DNA from: Chlorokybus atmophyticus
Lineage: Eukaryota > Plantae > Mesostigma and Chlorokybus algae
DNA: 64,000 nucleotides
Direction of reading: 5' to 3'
NCBI GenBank assembly: GCA_009103225.1
Contig: RHPI01002823.1
Location: 5,003-69,002 of the forward strand
Both the position numbers and the translations under genes were made by a program. This document shows, piece by piece, positions 63,625-64,000 of this stretch. How positions within the stretch are numbered: position 1 is the first letter of the stretch; each line of letters starts with the position of its first letter. The notes under the pieces were generated by a model, which saw only the letters and a program-made list of their open reading frames with translations, made no database searches and was not told the origin of the DNA.

Positions 63625-64000
63625 CGTGCGCGCATATATGCATTGCAGCCCATGACTGCATGCGCTTAATACTAGTGCTAGTGCTGGTACATCAAAGTTA
63701 GCAGGAATGTCAGTGGCAGTACAGTCAAGGCAATGATGTACATGTACACTGCAATAAGTTGTCTGCAAGTGGTACTTTACCAAGGGCTCAACCGGTGATG
63801 TACCTACAAAAAGGTTGGCCGTGCTTAGCTGTCGCATGTGTCTTCATAACTTCTACTGGGTTGTCCGGTTTTAGACAGCTACTTCGCCAAGAGGTATACA
63901 TGCTATACATGCGCGGTCACCATGCGACGGTGCTAGTCAGCACTTCCATCACCACAAGCCCGCTTCATCATAGCTGATATGCGGGCCCGTTCTACACGGT

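Overview
Eukaryotic, intron-rich, green-lineage DNA. Gene content and the plant-type tRNAiMet match point to a streptophyte, probably an alga; the species cannot be determined from the sequence. About 1.5-36.3 kb is a nested pile of decayed transposons: a CACTA-like transposase relic, at least six Ty1/Copia pieces from three LTR families (one full-length with 5-bp TSD), a pogo-like 3' end, a 5'-truncated L1-type LINE, and two copies of a gag/aspartic-protease retroelement family. One of those copies carries a C5 cytosine DNA methyltransferase domain, whose motif VI (ENV) reassembles exactly when a solo Copia LTR and one TSD copy are removed; this is the most notable item. The right half holds a whole-length pseudogene of glucosidase II alpha (GH31), an MS1/MMD1-family PHD gene with an in-frame stop and a frameshift flanked by ~1.7 kb diverged inverted repeats, two mariner/pogo-type MITEs, an unidentified multi-exon gene relic, and an apparently intact photolyase-N/alpha-beta-hydrolase gene. 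The window starts in the 3' exons of a ULP1-type SUMO protease. Several perfect palindromes look like derived fold-back repair footprints. The poly-C tract, the long (GA)n tract and the N-gap are probably assembly artefacts. All homology calls are by motif recognition; no database search or computed alignment was run.
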